A stretch of 64,000 nt of DNA. It comes from Candidatus Krumholzibacteriia bacterium (GTDB taxonomy: Bacteria; Krumholzibacteriota; Krumholzibacteriia; LZORAL124-64-63). Location: the NCBI GenBank assembly GCA_036351155.1, contig JAZBOO010000280.1, positions 15,347 through 79,346 of the forward strand. Reading direction: 5' to 3'. A program made the translations under genes and the position numbers. Below the pieces are notes generated by a model. That model was not told the origin of the DNA and did no database searches. It worked only from the letters and a program-made list of their open reading frames with translations. Shown here piece by piece: positions 27,668 through 37,096 of the stretch; the stretch's first letter is position 1, and the number at the start of each line of letters is the position of its first letter.

Positions 27668-28935
27668 CCCGATTGCGATGGACCTTGCTGATTGCCGTGT
27701 TGTTGACCCTGGGCGGGTCGGGCGCAGCCCGGGCCCAGAGGTACCTGCTGGTGCCCATGGACCTGACCCAGAACAACCACCTGCGGGCGTACGGGCACGC
27801 CTTCCACACACTGCAGGCGGGGGACAAGGTCAACTGGCTGTTGAACTATCGCGGGGGCAGTTTTTTGATGGACGACACCCAGCGCGCCCGTCTCGATGCC
27901 CGCCTGCTGGGGGTGCGCTTCGAGGAGGTGGGCGAGGCGGATGTGGCCGCTATCCGGCAAATCGTCCAGCAGGAAAACATGGACGAGGTGCTGCTGGAAA
28001 CGCCGCCCCGCATTGCCGTGTACAGTCCGCCCAGCAAGCAACCCTGGGACGATGCGGTGACCCTGGCCCTGACCTATGCCGAGGTGCCCTACGATGTGAT
28101 CTACGACGAGGACATCATGGCCGGCCGCCTGGGTGACTACGACTGGCTGCACCTGCACCACGAGGATTTTTCGGGGCAGTACGGGAAGTTCTATGCCAGC
28201 TTCGGCTACGAGCCCTGGTACCTGGAACAGAAGCACCAGAGCGAGGAGATGGCGACCCGTCTGGGCTTCGACACGGTGTGGGAGCTGAAGCACGCGGTGG
28301 CCCAGACCATCCAGCAGTACGTGGACCAGGGCGGGTTCCTGTTCGCCATGTGCTCGGCCACCGACACCATCGAAATTGCTCTGGCCTGGCTGCACACCGA
28401 CATCGTGTCCGAACCCTTCGACAACACGCCCTATGACCTGGATTATCGCCGCAAGGTGGACTTCGAACAGACGTTCGGCCTGACCGATTTCAAGCTCGTG
28501 ACCAATCCGATGATGTATGAATTTTCGGATATCGACTCGAGCAACTACGCCCAGATGCGCGGCGCCGAGGCCGACTACTTCACCCTGTTCGCCTTTGCCG
28601 CCAAGTACGACCCGGTGCCGGCCATGCTTACCCAGAACCACGTCAACGTGATCAACGGATTTCTGGGACAAACCACCGGGTACTTCAAGAAGCACCTGAA
28701 GCGCTCGGTGATCGTTCTGGCTGCGGTGGAGGGCACGGACGAGGTCAAGTATATCCATGGCAAGCGGGGCATGGGCACCTGGACCTTTCTGGGCGGGCAC
28801 GACCCCGAAGATTACCAGCACCGGGTGGGTGATCCCCCCACCGATCTGGACCTGTATCCCACCAGCCCGGGATACCGTCTGATCCTCAACAATGTCCTTT
28901 TCCCGGCCGCCAAGAAGAAGCCGCAGAAGACTTGA
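27664..28935 (+). CDS. Secreted class I glutamine amidotransferase-like protein (Bacteroidota family often labelled asparagine synthetase B)
   Basis: Signal peptide, LVPMD..QNNHLRAYG, WLLNYRGGSF, QPWDDAVTL, WLHLHHEDF, FAMCSATD, GHDPEDY, PGYRLILNN. Confidence 0.75.
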   Translation: MTRLRWTLLIAVLLTLGGSGAARAQRYLLVPMDLTQNNHLRAYGHAFHTLQAGDKVNWLLNYRGGSFLMDDTQRARLDARLLGVRFEEVGEADVAAIRQIVQQENMDEVLLETPPRIAVYSPPSKQPWDDAVTLALTYAEVPYDVIYDEDIMAGRLGDYDWLHLHHEDFSGQYGKFYASFGYEPWYLEQKHQSEEMATRLGFDTVWELKHAVAQTIQQYVDQGGFLFAMCSATDTIEIALAWLHTDIVSEPFDNTPYDLDYRRKVDFEQTFGLTDFKLVTNPMMYEFSDIDSSNYAQMRGAEADYFTLFAFAAKYDPVPAMLTQNHVNVINGFLGQTTGYFKKHLKRSVIVLAAVEGTDEVKYIHGKRGMGTWTFLGGHDPEDYQHRVGDPPTDLDLYPTSPGYRLILNNVLFPAAKKKPQKT

Positions 28936-28981
28936 TATTGTTGCCCGAGTTGGCCTTCTGGACATCGAGGATCAGTTTTCC

Positions 28982-29009
28982 TTGCTAACCTCTTGTAATC
29001 TGATAGGAT
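28982..29009 (+). promoter_or_regulatory. Putative sigma70 promoter for the small Zn-ribbon gene
   Basis: TTGCTA-16 nt-TAGGAT with TGn extension. Confidence 0.4.
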
Positions 29010-29077
29010 TTACGGGTGATCCCATTCCGGATGGGACTGACCTGCCCCCTGAACAGGACGATCAAAGAGGAGGAAGC

Positions 29078-29263
29078 ATGGAGTACCCGAGTTGCAAGAA
29101 GTGCCAGGACGGGGTGCTGTTGCCTCTGAGTGATTACGGCCGTGATGGAGCGCCCATCCGCTTCAAGGCCTGGGTGTGCCACAACCCCGATTGCGGTTTC
29201 AGCATCCGCATCGACAACGGGGAAATCAGCCACGGCAAGGAATTGCGCCCCTCGGTGAAATAG
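29078..29263 (+). CDS. Small (61 aa) Zn-ribbon-like protein
   Basis: Strong RBS AGAGGAGG. MEYPSCKKC...WVCHNPDC has two Cys pairs. Confidence 0.75.
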   Translation: MEYPSCKKCQDGVLLPLSDYGRDGAPIRFKAWVCHNPDCGFSIRIDNGEISHGKELRPSVK

Positions 29264-29295
29264 GTCCGATCACCCGAAGCAGGAAGAATGATGGA

Positions 29296-30147
29296 TCACA
29301 AGGTGTGGCCGTCATCTTCCCGGGTTTGCGCCGCCATGCGGGCTTCCCACAGGAATTTTCCCACCGCCACCATCACCAGGAGAGACACAGCTGCCCAGAT
29401 GAATGTGCTCAGCTGCCAGGGCTGAGGCACCATATCGCGGGGCCCTTGCCGGACCATCAACACCAGCGAAATCCCGTTATGGATGGCGTGGCACAGCCAG
29501 CAGGCGGTCAACGACCGGGTGGCCTCCCAGACGAAGGCCAGGACCACGCCCACCCCGATCAGGCCGAACAGGATCCAGGCTTCCCCGTGCAGGATTCCGA
29601 AGACCAGTGAGGAAACTGCCGTGCCGGCCAGCGGGCCCCAGACGCTCGAGGCCAGGCGGTGCAACAGGCCGCGGAAGATGATCTCCTCGGCCAGGGGCGC
29701 CACCACCACCAGAGCCAGGAAGGCCAGGGCCAGTTCCAGGGGGCCCTCGGGCAGGTGGTCGTTCATGAAGGCGACCGATTCGGGGTGAGCCGGGGTCAGG
29801 CGCAGGGAGAGCTCGGCCAGGATGGAGGTGGGCACCAGCCCGGCCACCGCCAGCAGGCCGGTGGCGCCGAGGATGGTCCAGGGGGGCAGGTCCAGGGCAA
29901 AATCCCGCACCAGTTGCAGCTTGCGCAGACGCGCCACCGCCAGCAGAGGCAGGAACACCCCCAGCACCGCTCCGCCGAGGACGGGAATGGCCAGCCCGCC
30001 GAAGGTGCTGAACGCGGCAAACTGTCCGAAGAAATTCCCCGTCAAGACCAGGAAAAACAGGCCCAGGATCTCGGTCCGGGACCAGGATACCCACAGCCCG
30101 GCGGGGATGTCGCTGTCGGTCAAGCGGTTGTCACGGTTTTCGTTCAT
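29296..30147 (-). CDS. CPBP (CAAX/Abi) intramembrane metalloprotease
   Basis: APLAEEIIFRG, FGILH, HAIHN, multiple TM helices. Confidence 0.9.
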   Translation of the reverse strand: MNENRDNRLTDSDIPAGLWVSWSRTEILGLFFLVLTGNFFGQFAAFSTFGGLAIPVLGGAVLGVFLPLLAVARLRKLQLVRDFALDLPPWTILGATGLLAVAGLVPTSILAELSLRLTPAHPESVAFMNDHLPEGPLELALAFLALVVVAPLAEEIIFRGLLHRLASSVWGPLAGTAVSSLVFGILHGEAWILFGLIGVGVVLAFVWEATRSLTACWLCHAIHNGISLVLMVRQGPRDMVPQPWQLSTFIWAAVSLLVMVAVGKFLWEARMAAQTREDDGHTL

Positions 30148-30313
30148 GGGACCAAGGTCGCTTGAAAACGGAGGTGGGGCAACCCATGTTTTCGGGCGAA
30201 CGGGTCGGACCATTTCTCCGACCATGGGGCCCGCAATGATCCGTGCATTGCCGGGCAAAAATGGTTAGACTGGTTTCCTCTTGCCAATCGATCTCCTGGG
30301 AAAGGGCTATTCC

Positions 30314-31051
30314 GTGGTGCAACCAGCGGACCGCAACATCGACACCGTCATATTCGACCTCGACAACACCTTGACCGACTTCATGAAGGCCAAGGAGAAC
30401 TCGGTGCGCGCGGCGGTGGACGCCATGATCGACGCCGGTCTTCCCCTGGGACGCCAGGAGGCGGTGGATCAGGTTTTTGCCATCTACAAGAATGTGGGGA
30501 TCGAGCACCAGCGCATCTTCGATCTTTTCCTGGAGAAAACGGTGGGCCGGGTGGACGACCGGATCCTGGCCGCCGCGGTGGTGGCGTACCGCAGGGCCCG
30601 GGGCGGGTCCCTGGTGCCCTATCCGCACGCCAAGTTCGTCCTGAACCGCCTGCTGAAGGAAGGGTACAAGCTGGCCGTGGTCAGCGACGCCCGCAGCTAC
30701 GAGGCCTGGTTGCGCCTGAATTACATCGGCCTGCAGCACACCTTCGACCTGGTGTTGACCTTCGATGAAACCGGGCACCACAAGCCCGACCCCACACCCT
30801 TCCTGATGGCTCTGGAAAAGCTGGATGCCAGGGCCGAGCGGACGGTGCTGATCGGGGACTGGGTGGAACGGGACATCCTGGGGGGACAGAATGCCGGACT
30901 GCACACCGTTTACGCCCGTTACGGAGACAAGTACAGCCAGTATGCCGACAAGGTGGACACGCCGGAAACCAAGCCGGATTTCGTGGTGGATGACCTGCTG
31001 CAGTTGCTCGATGTTCTGGACCAGCTGAATGGTAAGGAGACTCAGGGATGA
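30314..31051 (+). CDS. HAD-superfamily phosphatase, subfamily IA
   Basis: FDLDNTL, VVSD, KPDP, IGDWVERDILGG. Start uncertain (30281 or 30314). Confidence 0.88.
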   Translation: MVQPADRNIDTVIFDLDNTLTDFMKAKENSVRAAVDAMIDAGLPLGRQEAVDQVFAIYKNVGIEHQRIFDLFLEKTVGRVDDRILAAAVVAYRRARGGSLVPYPHAKFVLNRLLKEGYKLAVVSDARSYEAWLRLNYIGLQHTFDLVLTFDETGHHKPDPTPFLMALEKLDARAERTVLIGDWVERDILGGQNAGLHTVYARYGDKYSQYADKVDTPETKPDFVVDDLLQLLDVLDQLNGKETQG

Positions 31052-32694
31052 GGGTGTGTACCGCCAGGGAAATGGGGGCCATCGACCGGGCCACCATCGC
31101 AGCCGGAACTCCGGGCCGCGAACTCATGGAGCGCGCGGGGCAGGCCATGGCCGAGGTCTGCTGGGATTACCTGGAGGAACTGGATTCTCTGGGCCTGACC
31201 ACCTTTCCCGAGGACGCCAGCGAAGCCCCCCATGTCCTGGTTCTTTGCGGCAAGGGCAACAACGGGGGAGACGGGTTGGTTCTGGCCCGGCTCATGCACC
31301 TCGAAGGCGCCGAGGTCACGGTGATGATGCTGGCCGGACGCAACGACCTGACACCCGACACCGGGGTGAACTTCGATCTGCTGCCCCAGGGCGTGACCAT
31401 TGTCCACGCCGCCGGGCCCCAGTGGGCCTGTACCGTGGAACAGCTGGCCGAGCGGGCCGATGTGATGGTCGATGCGATCTTCGGGACGGGCATCAAACCG
31501 CCCCTGCGCACGCATCATGTCGACCTGATCCGGGCCATCAATGACACCGGCCTACCTTGCCTGGCCCTGGACATCCCCTCCGGGGTGTGCGGCGATGATG
31601 GAACGGTGGATCCGGTCGCGGTGGCCGCTGATCTGACGGTGACGGTGGGATTGCCCAAGCGCGGGCTGCTGTTCCGGCCCGGCCGCGATTTCACCGGAGA
31701 TGTTTCGGTGGTGGATATCGGCTTTGCCGCCGCCACCTGCCAGGAGCACACCGCCGATCATCAGTATCTGCTGCGGAACGATTACCTGGAGCTACTTCCT
31801 CCCCGCTTTCCCAGCGGGCACAAGTACACCCACGGCACTCTGGCCATTCTGGCCGGGTCGCGCCGCTTCGGTGGAGCGGCCCATCTGACCGGCCTGGGCG
31901 CCCTGCGCTCGGGAGTGGGACTGGTCACCCTGGCGGCCCCTCACAGTCTGGAAGTTCCCCTGCGGACAGGCCTGCCCGACCTCCTGACCATGCCTCTGGC
32001 CGAGACCGAGGCCGGGACCATCGCACCGCTGGACGACAGCATCTTGCAGGCCCTGTGGGCCAGGCAACGAGCCTGGGCGGTGGGGCCCGGGCTGGACAGT
32101 CATCCGGAGACCGACCGCTGGGTGGTCGAGACCCTGGCCGCCGGCACCTTGCCCGTGGTGGTGGATGCCGATGGTCTGGGGGCCTTTGCCCGGCGGGAAG
32201 TGGTGCCGAAGTTCGGGGCCACCGAGGTGGTGCTGACACCTCACGCGGCGGAACTGGCGCGCCTGATCGGGTGCTCGGCCGCCGAGGTCGAGTCCCGCAA
32301 GCTCGAGCTGGTGCCGGAGCTGGCCCGGCGCTGGAACGTGGTCCTGTTGCTGAAGGGGTCGACCACCCTGATCGCCGGCCCCGAGGGGACGCTGTATTTC
32401 AACACCACCGGCGATGATGCCCTGGCCAGGGGCGGTTCCGGCGATATCTTGACGGGGCTGATCGGCGGGTTGCTGGGCCAGGGAATGTCCGCCCTCGAGG
32501 CCGCTCTGCTGGGGGCATACGTCCACGGGCTGGCCGGTAGCTTGGCCGCTCAGGGGCGGAGCACCCGGGCAGTCCGGGTGACCGAGATTGCCGAAGCCAT
32601 GGGCCCGGTATTCGAAGACATGGAAAAAGAGGCCAGCGGGTCCGCCCGTCTGCGCGAGCGCATCTGGCCCGTGACCTCCGGAGACACCACATGA
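31048..32694 (+). CDS. nnr: Bifunctional NAD(P)HX epimerase/dehydratase NnrE-NnrD
   Basis: LMERAG, GKGNNGGDG, DAIFGTG, DIPSG, VVDADGL, LTPHAAE, GGSGDILTG. Confidence 0.94.
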   Translation: MRVCTAREMGAIDRATIAAGTPGRELMERAGQAMAEVCWDYLEELDSLGLTTFPEDASEAPHVLVLCGKGNNGGDGLVLARLMHLEGAEVTVMMLAGRNDLTPDTGVNFDLLPQGVTIVHAAGPQWACTVEQLAERADVMVDAIFGTGIKPPLRTHHVDLIRAINDTGLPCLALDIPSGVCGDDGTVDPVAVAADLTVTVGLPKRGLLFRPGRDFTGDVSVVDIGFAAATCQEHTADHQYLLRNDYLELLPPRFPSGHKYTHGTLAILAGSRRFGGAAHLTGLGALRSGVGLVTLAAPHSLEVPLRTGLPDLLTMPLAETEAGTIAPLDDSILQALWARQRAWAVGPGLDSHPETDRWVVETLAAGTLPVVVDADGLGAFARREVVPKFGATEVVLTPHAAELARLIGCSAAEVESRKLELVPELARRWNVVLLLKGSTTLIAGPEGTLYFNTTGDDALARGGSGDILTGLIGGLLGQGMSALEAALLGAYVHGLAGSLAAQGRSTRAVRVTEIAEAMGPVFEDMEKEASGSARLRERIWPVTSGDTT

Positions 32695-33701
32695 AGATCC
32701 TGGGCATCGAAACCTCCTGCGACGACACCAGCGTGGCCCTTTTCGACAGCGAAGGCGGAGTGGCGGAAAATCTGGTCTCCTCCCAGGTGGACCTGCACAA
32801 CCATTTCGGCGGTGTGGTTCCGGAACTGGCCAGCCGGGCCCATCTGGTCAACCTGCTGCCCCTGGTGCAGATGTTGATGGACCGGCAAAAGCTGGCCCTG
32901 GACGACCTGGATGGGGTGGCGGTCACGGCGGGACCGGGGCTCATCGGGGCCCTGCTGGTGGGATTGTCCACGGGCAAGGCGGTGGCCATGGCGGCCGACC
33001 TGCCCCTGGTGGGAGTGCACCATATCGAGGGGCACATCCTGGCCAACGCGCTGACGCAGGAAATGCAATTGCCCGCGGTGGTGCTGGTGGTTTCGGGCGG
33101 TCACACCGAGGTGATCCACATGCCCGAGGTGGGACGCTACGAGCGGCTGGGCGCCACCCTGGACGATGCCGCCGGCGAAGCCTTCGACAAGACGGCCAAG
33201 ATCCTGGGCTTGCCATACCCGGGAGGGCCGCACATCGACCGGCTGGCCAAGCAGGGCCACCCCGGGCGCCACAGCTTTCCTCGCCCCCTGCTCAAGGACA
33301 AGCGGGTGGTGTTCAGCTTCAGCGGGCTGAAAACGGCGGCCCGCCTGGCGGTGGAAGGATTACCTCGCCCCCTGATGGACCAGGATGTGGCCGATGTCTG
33401 CTACGAGGTGCAGGAGGCCATCGTGGACTCACTGTGCGCCAAGCTGTTCATGGCCGCCCGCCGGAAGAAGGTGGGCGCCGTTTATCTGGCCGGGGGCGTG
33501 GCGGCCAACGGGCGCTTGCGTGAGCGCGTGGCCACCGAGGCCCAGAAACGCGGACTGCACTTTGTCCCGCCGGAACGCGTGTATTGCACCGACAACGCGG
33601 CCATGATTGCCTACGCCGGCTGGCAGCATTTCCAGCATGGCAGACAGGATGGTCTGGACCTGGATTCGTTCCCCCGGGGTTCCCTCTCTTCCTGGCGGTG
33701 A
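32691..33701 (+). CDS. tsaD: tRNA threonylcarbamoyltransferase TsaD
   Basis: GIETSCDDT, GGVVPELASRAH, HHIEGH, VSGGHT, DDAAGEAFDK, FSFSGLKT, CTDNAAMI. Confidence 0.97.
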   Translation: MKILGIETSCDDTSVALFDSEGGVAENLVSSQVDLHNHFGGVVPELASRAHLVNLLPLVQMLMDRQKLALDDLDGVAVTAGPGLIGALLVGLSTGKAVAMAADLPLVGVHHIEGHILANALTQEMQLPAVVLVVSGGHTEVIHMPEVGRYERLGATLDDAAGEAFDKTAKILGLPYPGGPHIDRLAKQGHPGRHSFPRPLLKDKRVVFSFSGLKTAARLAVEGLPRPLMDQDVADVCYEVQEAIVDSLCAKLFMAARRKKVGAVYLAGGVAANGRLRERVATEAQKRGLHFVPPERVYCTDNAAMIAYAGWQHFQHGRQDGLDLDSFPRGSLSSWR

Positions 33702-33748
33702 CCTGTGTTCCCCGCCGAACAAAAAAACCTGCCTGAATAAGCCTCTCC

Positions 33749-33763
33749 TGGCATGTCCTTTGC
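33749..33763 (+). promoter_or_regulatory. Putative sigma54 -24/-12 promoter of the signalling operon
   Basis: TGGCATG-TCCT-TTGC versus consensus TGGCACG-N4-TTGC, about 70 nt upstream of the ATG. Confidence 0.7.
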
Positions 33764-33832
33764 CTGTTTTGCCTGACATATTCCACGTTCCCGGGGGACC
33801 GGGGGCCAAGCAAGCGCATCAAAAGGAAACAA

Positions 33833-34831
33833 ATGTCAGGAAACGCACGCATCCTGGTCGCGGATGACGAGCCGCATATCCGTCGCATTCTGCAGTTTCT
33901 GCTGGAGAATGAGGGGTTTGAGGTCTATCTGGCCGAAGACGGCAGTCAGGCCTGGGAAGCGGTGCGTTCATTTCAGCCGGATCTGGTCCTCCTGGATGTG
34001 ATGATGCCACGGATGGATGGTTTTGCAGTACTGGACGAGATTCGTGCCGGTTACGAAACCGCCACCCTGCCGGTGATCATGTTGACGGCCAAGGGCGAAT
34101 CGGTGGACAAGGTGCGGGGCCTCAAGGGTGGGGCCAACGACTACGTCATCAAGCCCTTCAATCACGATGAATTGTTGTTGCGGGTGGGAAACCTGCTGGA
34201 AGTGACCCGGCGCGAGCGCGAGGCCAATCCCCTGACGGGTCTCCCCGGAAACCGTTCCATCGAGCGGGAAACCCTGAGGCGCATCAGCTCGAAGGATCCT
34301 TTCGGGTTCATGTACATCGATATCGATCGATTCAAGAGTTTCAACGACTACTATGGCTATTCCCGGGGCGACCACGCCATCAGCTATCTGGCGGGAGTGC
34401 TGGTCAGCTGTTCCCGTCGGTTCGGCACCGGAGACGATTTCGTGGGCCACGTGGGAGGCGACGACTTCGTCCTGATCACCTCCAGCACCAAGGCGGAGGC
34501 GCTGGCGCGCAAGATCATCGAGGAATTCGACGAGGGTATTGCCGGCCTGCACGACGTGGAGGACTACCGGCGGGGGTACCTGGAGGTGGAAAGCCGAGCG
34601 GGGGAAGTGGAGCAGTTCCCCTTGATCACCCTGACGGTGGCTCTGGTGAACAATGCCGAGGGCCGGTTCCGTCATCCCGCCGAGATCAGCGACACCATGG
34701 TGGAGCTGAAGAAGTACGGCAAGACCATGGCCAGCAGTGTCCTGGTCAGGGAGCGCCGGAATCGCCAGGGTGAAGAGGAGTTCGTGGCCACGGGTGTGAA
34801 AACGCGTGGAGAGGGACCCGATCATGAATAG
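33833..34831 (+). CDS. Response-regulator diguanylate cyclase (REC-GGDEF)
   Basis: REC with ADDE, LDVMMP, T, KPF. NPLTGLPGN, DIDRFKSFNDYYGYSRGD, GHVGGDDF. Confidence 0.92.
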   Translation: MSGNARILVADDEPHIRRILQFLLENEGFEVYLAEDGSQAWEAVRSFQPDLVLLDVMMPRMDGFAVLDEIRAGYETATLPVIMLTAKGESVDKVRGLKGGANDYVIKPFNHDELLLRVGNLLEVTRREREANPLTGLPGNRSIERETLRRISSKDPFGFMYIDIDRFKSFNDYYGYSRGDHAISYLAGVLVSCSRRFGTGDDFVGHVGGDDFVLITSSTKAEALARKIIEEFDEGIAGLHDVEDYRRGYLEVESRAGEVEQFPLITLTVALVNNAEGRFRHPAEISDTMVELKKYGKTMASSVLVRERRNRQGEEEFVATGVKTRGEGPDHE

Positions 34832-37085
34832 AACCGACCCGCGCCAGATCGGCAGTCAGGGACTGGAGCAGACGGGCTGGAGTGAGCTGGCCTGGCAGGA
34901 TCACTTGCCGGACCTGGAAGAATTTTTGCGCCTGGTGGCCGTGCGGAGTTTGGCTCTGGCGCCCGGAGGAGTGACAGCCATCGGGGTGCCCCCCGTGGGG
35001 ATCTCCTATCTGGCCCCTCTGCACCATCAGCTGACGGGACTGGCCTGTCGTCTTGCCCGCAAGAGTGGTCAGCCGGGCTGGGATGCCTGGCCCGCCGCCT
35101 GGACCAAGGGAACCTTCGGTGCCCACGGTGAACAGGGTGCGGGCACGGGACCCTGGCCTGATTACTGGGCCTTGCCGGTGACTCCCGTCGAAGGGTGGGC
35201 CTGGCGAGAAGAGCGACTGCAGGTTGATGGCGCGACCCTGATGACCATCCTGGTCCTGTTCCCCGAGGATGAAGGGATGCAGGATGAGGTGAAAAGCGGT
35301 CTGGCCAGCCTCGGGTCCGAACTGGTGGTTCTGCTGCGCATGTGGGTGGCGGCGCGACGGGCTCAGGCCCAGCTGTCCCGCCTGAGCACCGAGAACCAGG
35401 CCCTGACCCGGCTCAATGTTCTGCAGGAAAAAGCGGTGGCCCGGGCCAGCCATGAATTCAAGACCCCGTTGACTTCGATCACCGCCTACACCGATGCCCT
35501 GCGGGAACAGATCACCGATGACGATTTCCCTCATGCCACGGAATTTCTGGACGTGATCCGGTCCGAGGCCGGACGGTTGCTGAGACTGGTCAACCGGATC
35601 AGCGATCAATCCCGCCTGAACGCCGGTCTGGAACTGCTGGAAGCGGTGCCCACGGAACTTCCGGACCTGATCGAGGGGGCGGCCTCTGCCCTGGGTCCCA
35701 GCCTGGCGGAAAAGAACCTCCACCTGACCACCGACTTTGCCCCCCACCTGCCCCCGGTGATGGCGGACGCCGATCTGGTGCGGCAGGTTCTGGTCAACCT
35801 GATGGGCAATGCGGTCAAGTACACGCCGAAGGGCGGCAACATCGAAGTGGTGGTGAGCGAACGCGAGGCCACCGTCAGGATCAGCATCAACGACACCGGC
35901 GTGGGGATTGCCGAAGAGGAACTCCAGCGTATCTTCCGTGAATTCTACCGCACGCGCGAACAGGCCGCCCTGCACGAGGGAACCGGGCTGGGACTGGCCA
36001 TTGTCCGCAGCATCGTGAATCTGCACGGTGGCTTCGTGACCGCCCGCCGTCGCCAGCCGGCCGGCACCAGCTTTGCCGTGCACTTGCCCAAGGAAATCCA
36101 CGCGCCGCATCCCTTGCCTCTGGCCTATACCTCGCGTGTGGACCGGGACCAGGCCTGGCGTCTGGTGAGCACGGTGTGCCGCCTGGCCGCCGAGTTGACC
36201 GGAAGCATGTCCGTGGAAATCCAGTTGCCCGACGCGGAAGGCCGGCCGGTGACGGTGGCCTCCATGGGGCATGGTCATTCTGGCGGAGAGAGCCCCTGGC
36301 TGACCCAGGATCTGGGCCAGGGCGGGGGGGCCTGCGGTCGGCTGCGGGTGGGATCGCCGCGAGAAGGTCAAGGCTACGATCAGGCCCGGGAGAAACAGCT
36401 GGCGGTGATTGCCGAAACCGCCGCCCTGGCCTTGCGCAGTCTGCTGCCGGAAGGTGCCGAGGGATCGGACACTTCCTCCAGCACTCTGGTGGCCAAGGTG
36501 GCCGAGGCGGTCCAGGCCATCCTGCAGATCCGGCGGTCCGGGGTCCCCACCTCGACGGCCGAGGCTCTGGATCTGATGGAGAAGCTGGGCCAGGCCATGA
36601 AGCTCTCCCCCGAGGTCATCCGCCGCCTCTGTTACGCCGCTCTGGTCCATGATGCGGGCATGGCCCGGGTCGAGGTGGAAATCGTGATGGGCACCTCGGC
36701 CCTGTCCTGGGATCAACGCGACGAGGTGGAACGCCACGTGGAGCAGGGCCTGGAATTGATGGCTCCGTTGCTGCCGGATCCGGAAACCCGTTCCTGCATT
36801 GCGCATCATCATGAACGATTTGACGGCCAGGGTTACCCCGCGGGCCTCAAGGGTGAAGATATTCCTCTGGGAGCACGCCTTCTGGCGGTCATCGACACCT
36901 GGTTTGCTCTGACGCGTGAGCGTCCCTATCGCCCCTGCCTGTCTCCGGAAGAGGCCTGGCAGGAAATGGAAAAACATAGCGGAAGCCAGTTCGACGCCGC
37001 CGTCGTCCGCGCTTTCGGAGACGTGCTGGCGAGCGAGGGAATCATCCCCGGATTTCCCGCTCCAACCCACCAAGACCGGGGCTGA
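34824..37085 (+). CDS. Cytoplasmic histidine kinase fused to a C-terminal HD-GYP domain
   Basis: SHEFKTPLTSI, NLMGNAVKY, DTGVG, GTGLGL; then VHDAGM, HHHERFDGQGYP, RPYR. Confidence 0.85.
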   Translation: MNRTDPRQIGSQGLEQTGWSELAWQDHLPDLEEFLRLVAVRSLALAPGGVTAIGVPPVGISYLAPLHHQLTGLACRLARKSGQPGWDAWPAAWTKGTFGAHGEQGAGTGPWPDYWALPVTPVEGWAWREERLQVDGATLMTILVLFPEDEGMQDEVKSGLASLGSELVVLLRMWVAARRAQAQLSRLSTENQALTRLNVLQEKAVARASHEFKTPLTSITAYTDALREQITDDDFPHATEFLDVIRSEAGRLLRLVNRISDQSRLNAGLELLEAVPTELPDLIEGAASALGPSLAEKNLHLTTDFAPHLPPVMADADLVRQVLVNLMGNAVKYTPKGGNIEVVVSEREATVRISINDTGVGIAEEELQRIFREFYRTREQAALHEGTGLGLAIVRSIVNLHGGFVTARRRQPAGTSFAVHLPKEIHAPHPLPLAYTSRVDRDQAWRLVSTVCRLAAELTGSMSVEIQLPDAEGRPVTVASMGHGHSGGESPWLTQDLGQGGGACGRLRVGSPREGQGYDQAREKQLAVIAETAALALRSLLPEGAEGSDTSSSTLVAKVAEAVQAILQIRRSGVPTSTAEALDLMEKLGQAMKLSPEVIRRLCYAALVHDAGMARVEVEIVMGTSALSWDQRDEVERHVEQGLELMAPLLPDPETRSCIAHHHERFDGQGYPAGLKGEDIPLGARLLAVIDTWFALTRERPYRPCLSPEEAWQEMEKHSGSQFDAAVVRAFGDVLASEGIIPGFPAPTHQDRG

Positions 37086-37096
37086 AAGAGGTTGTC

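Noticed and set aside
33833..34831. GGDEF as a Hypr-type cGAMP synthase
   Set aside because: It retains the Asp in YSRGD, the guanine-specifying position, rather than the Ser/Thr of Hypr enzymes.
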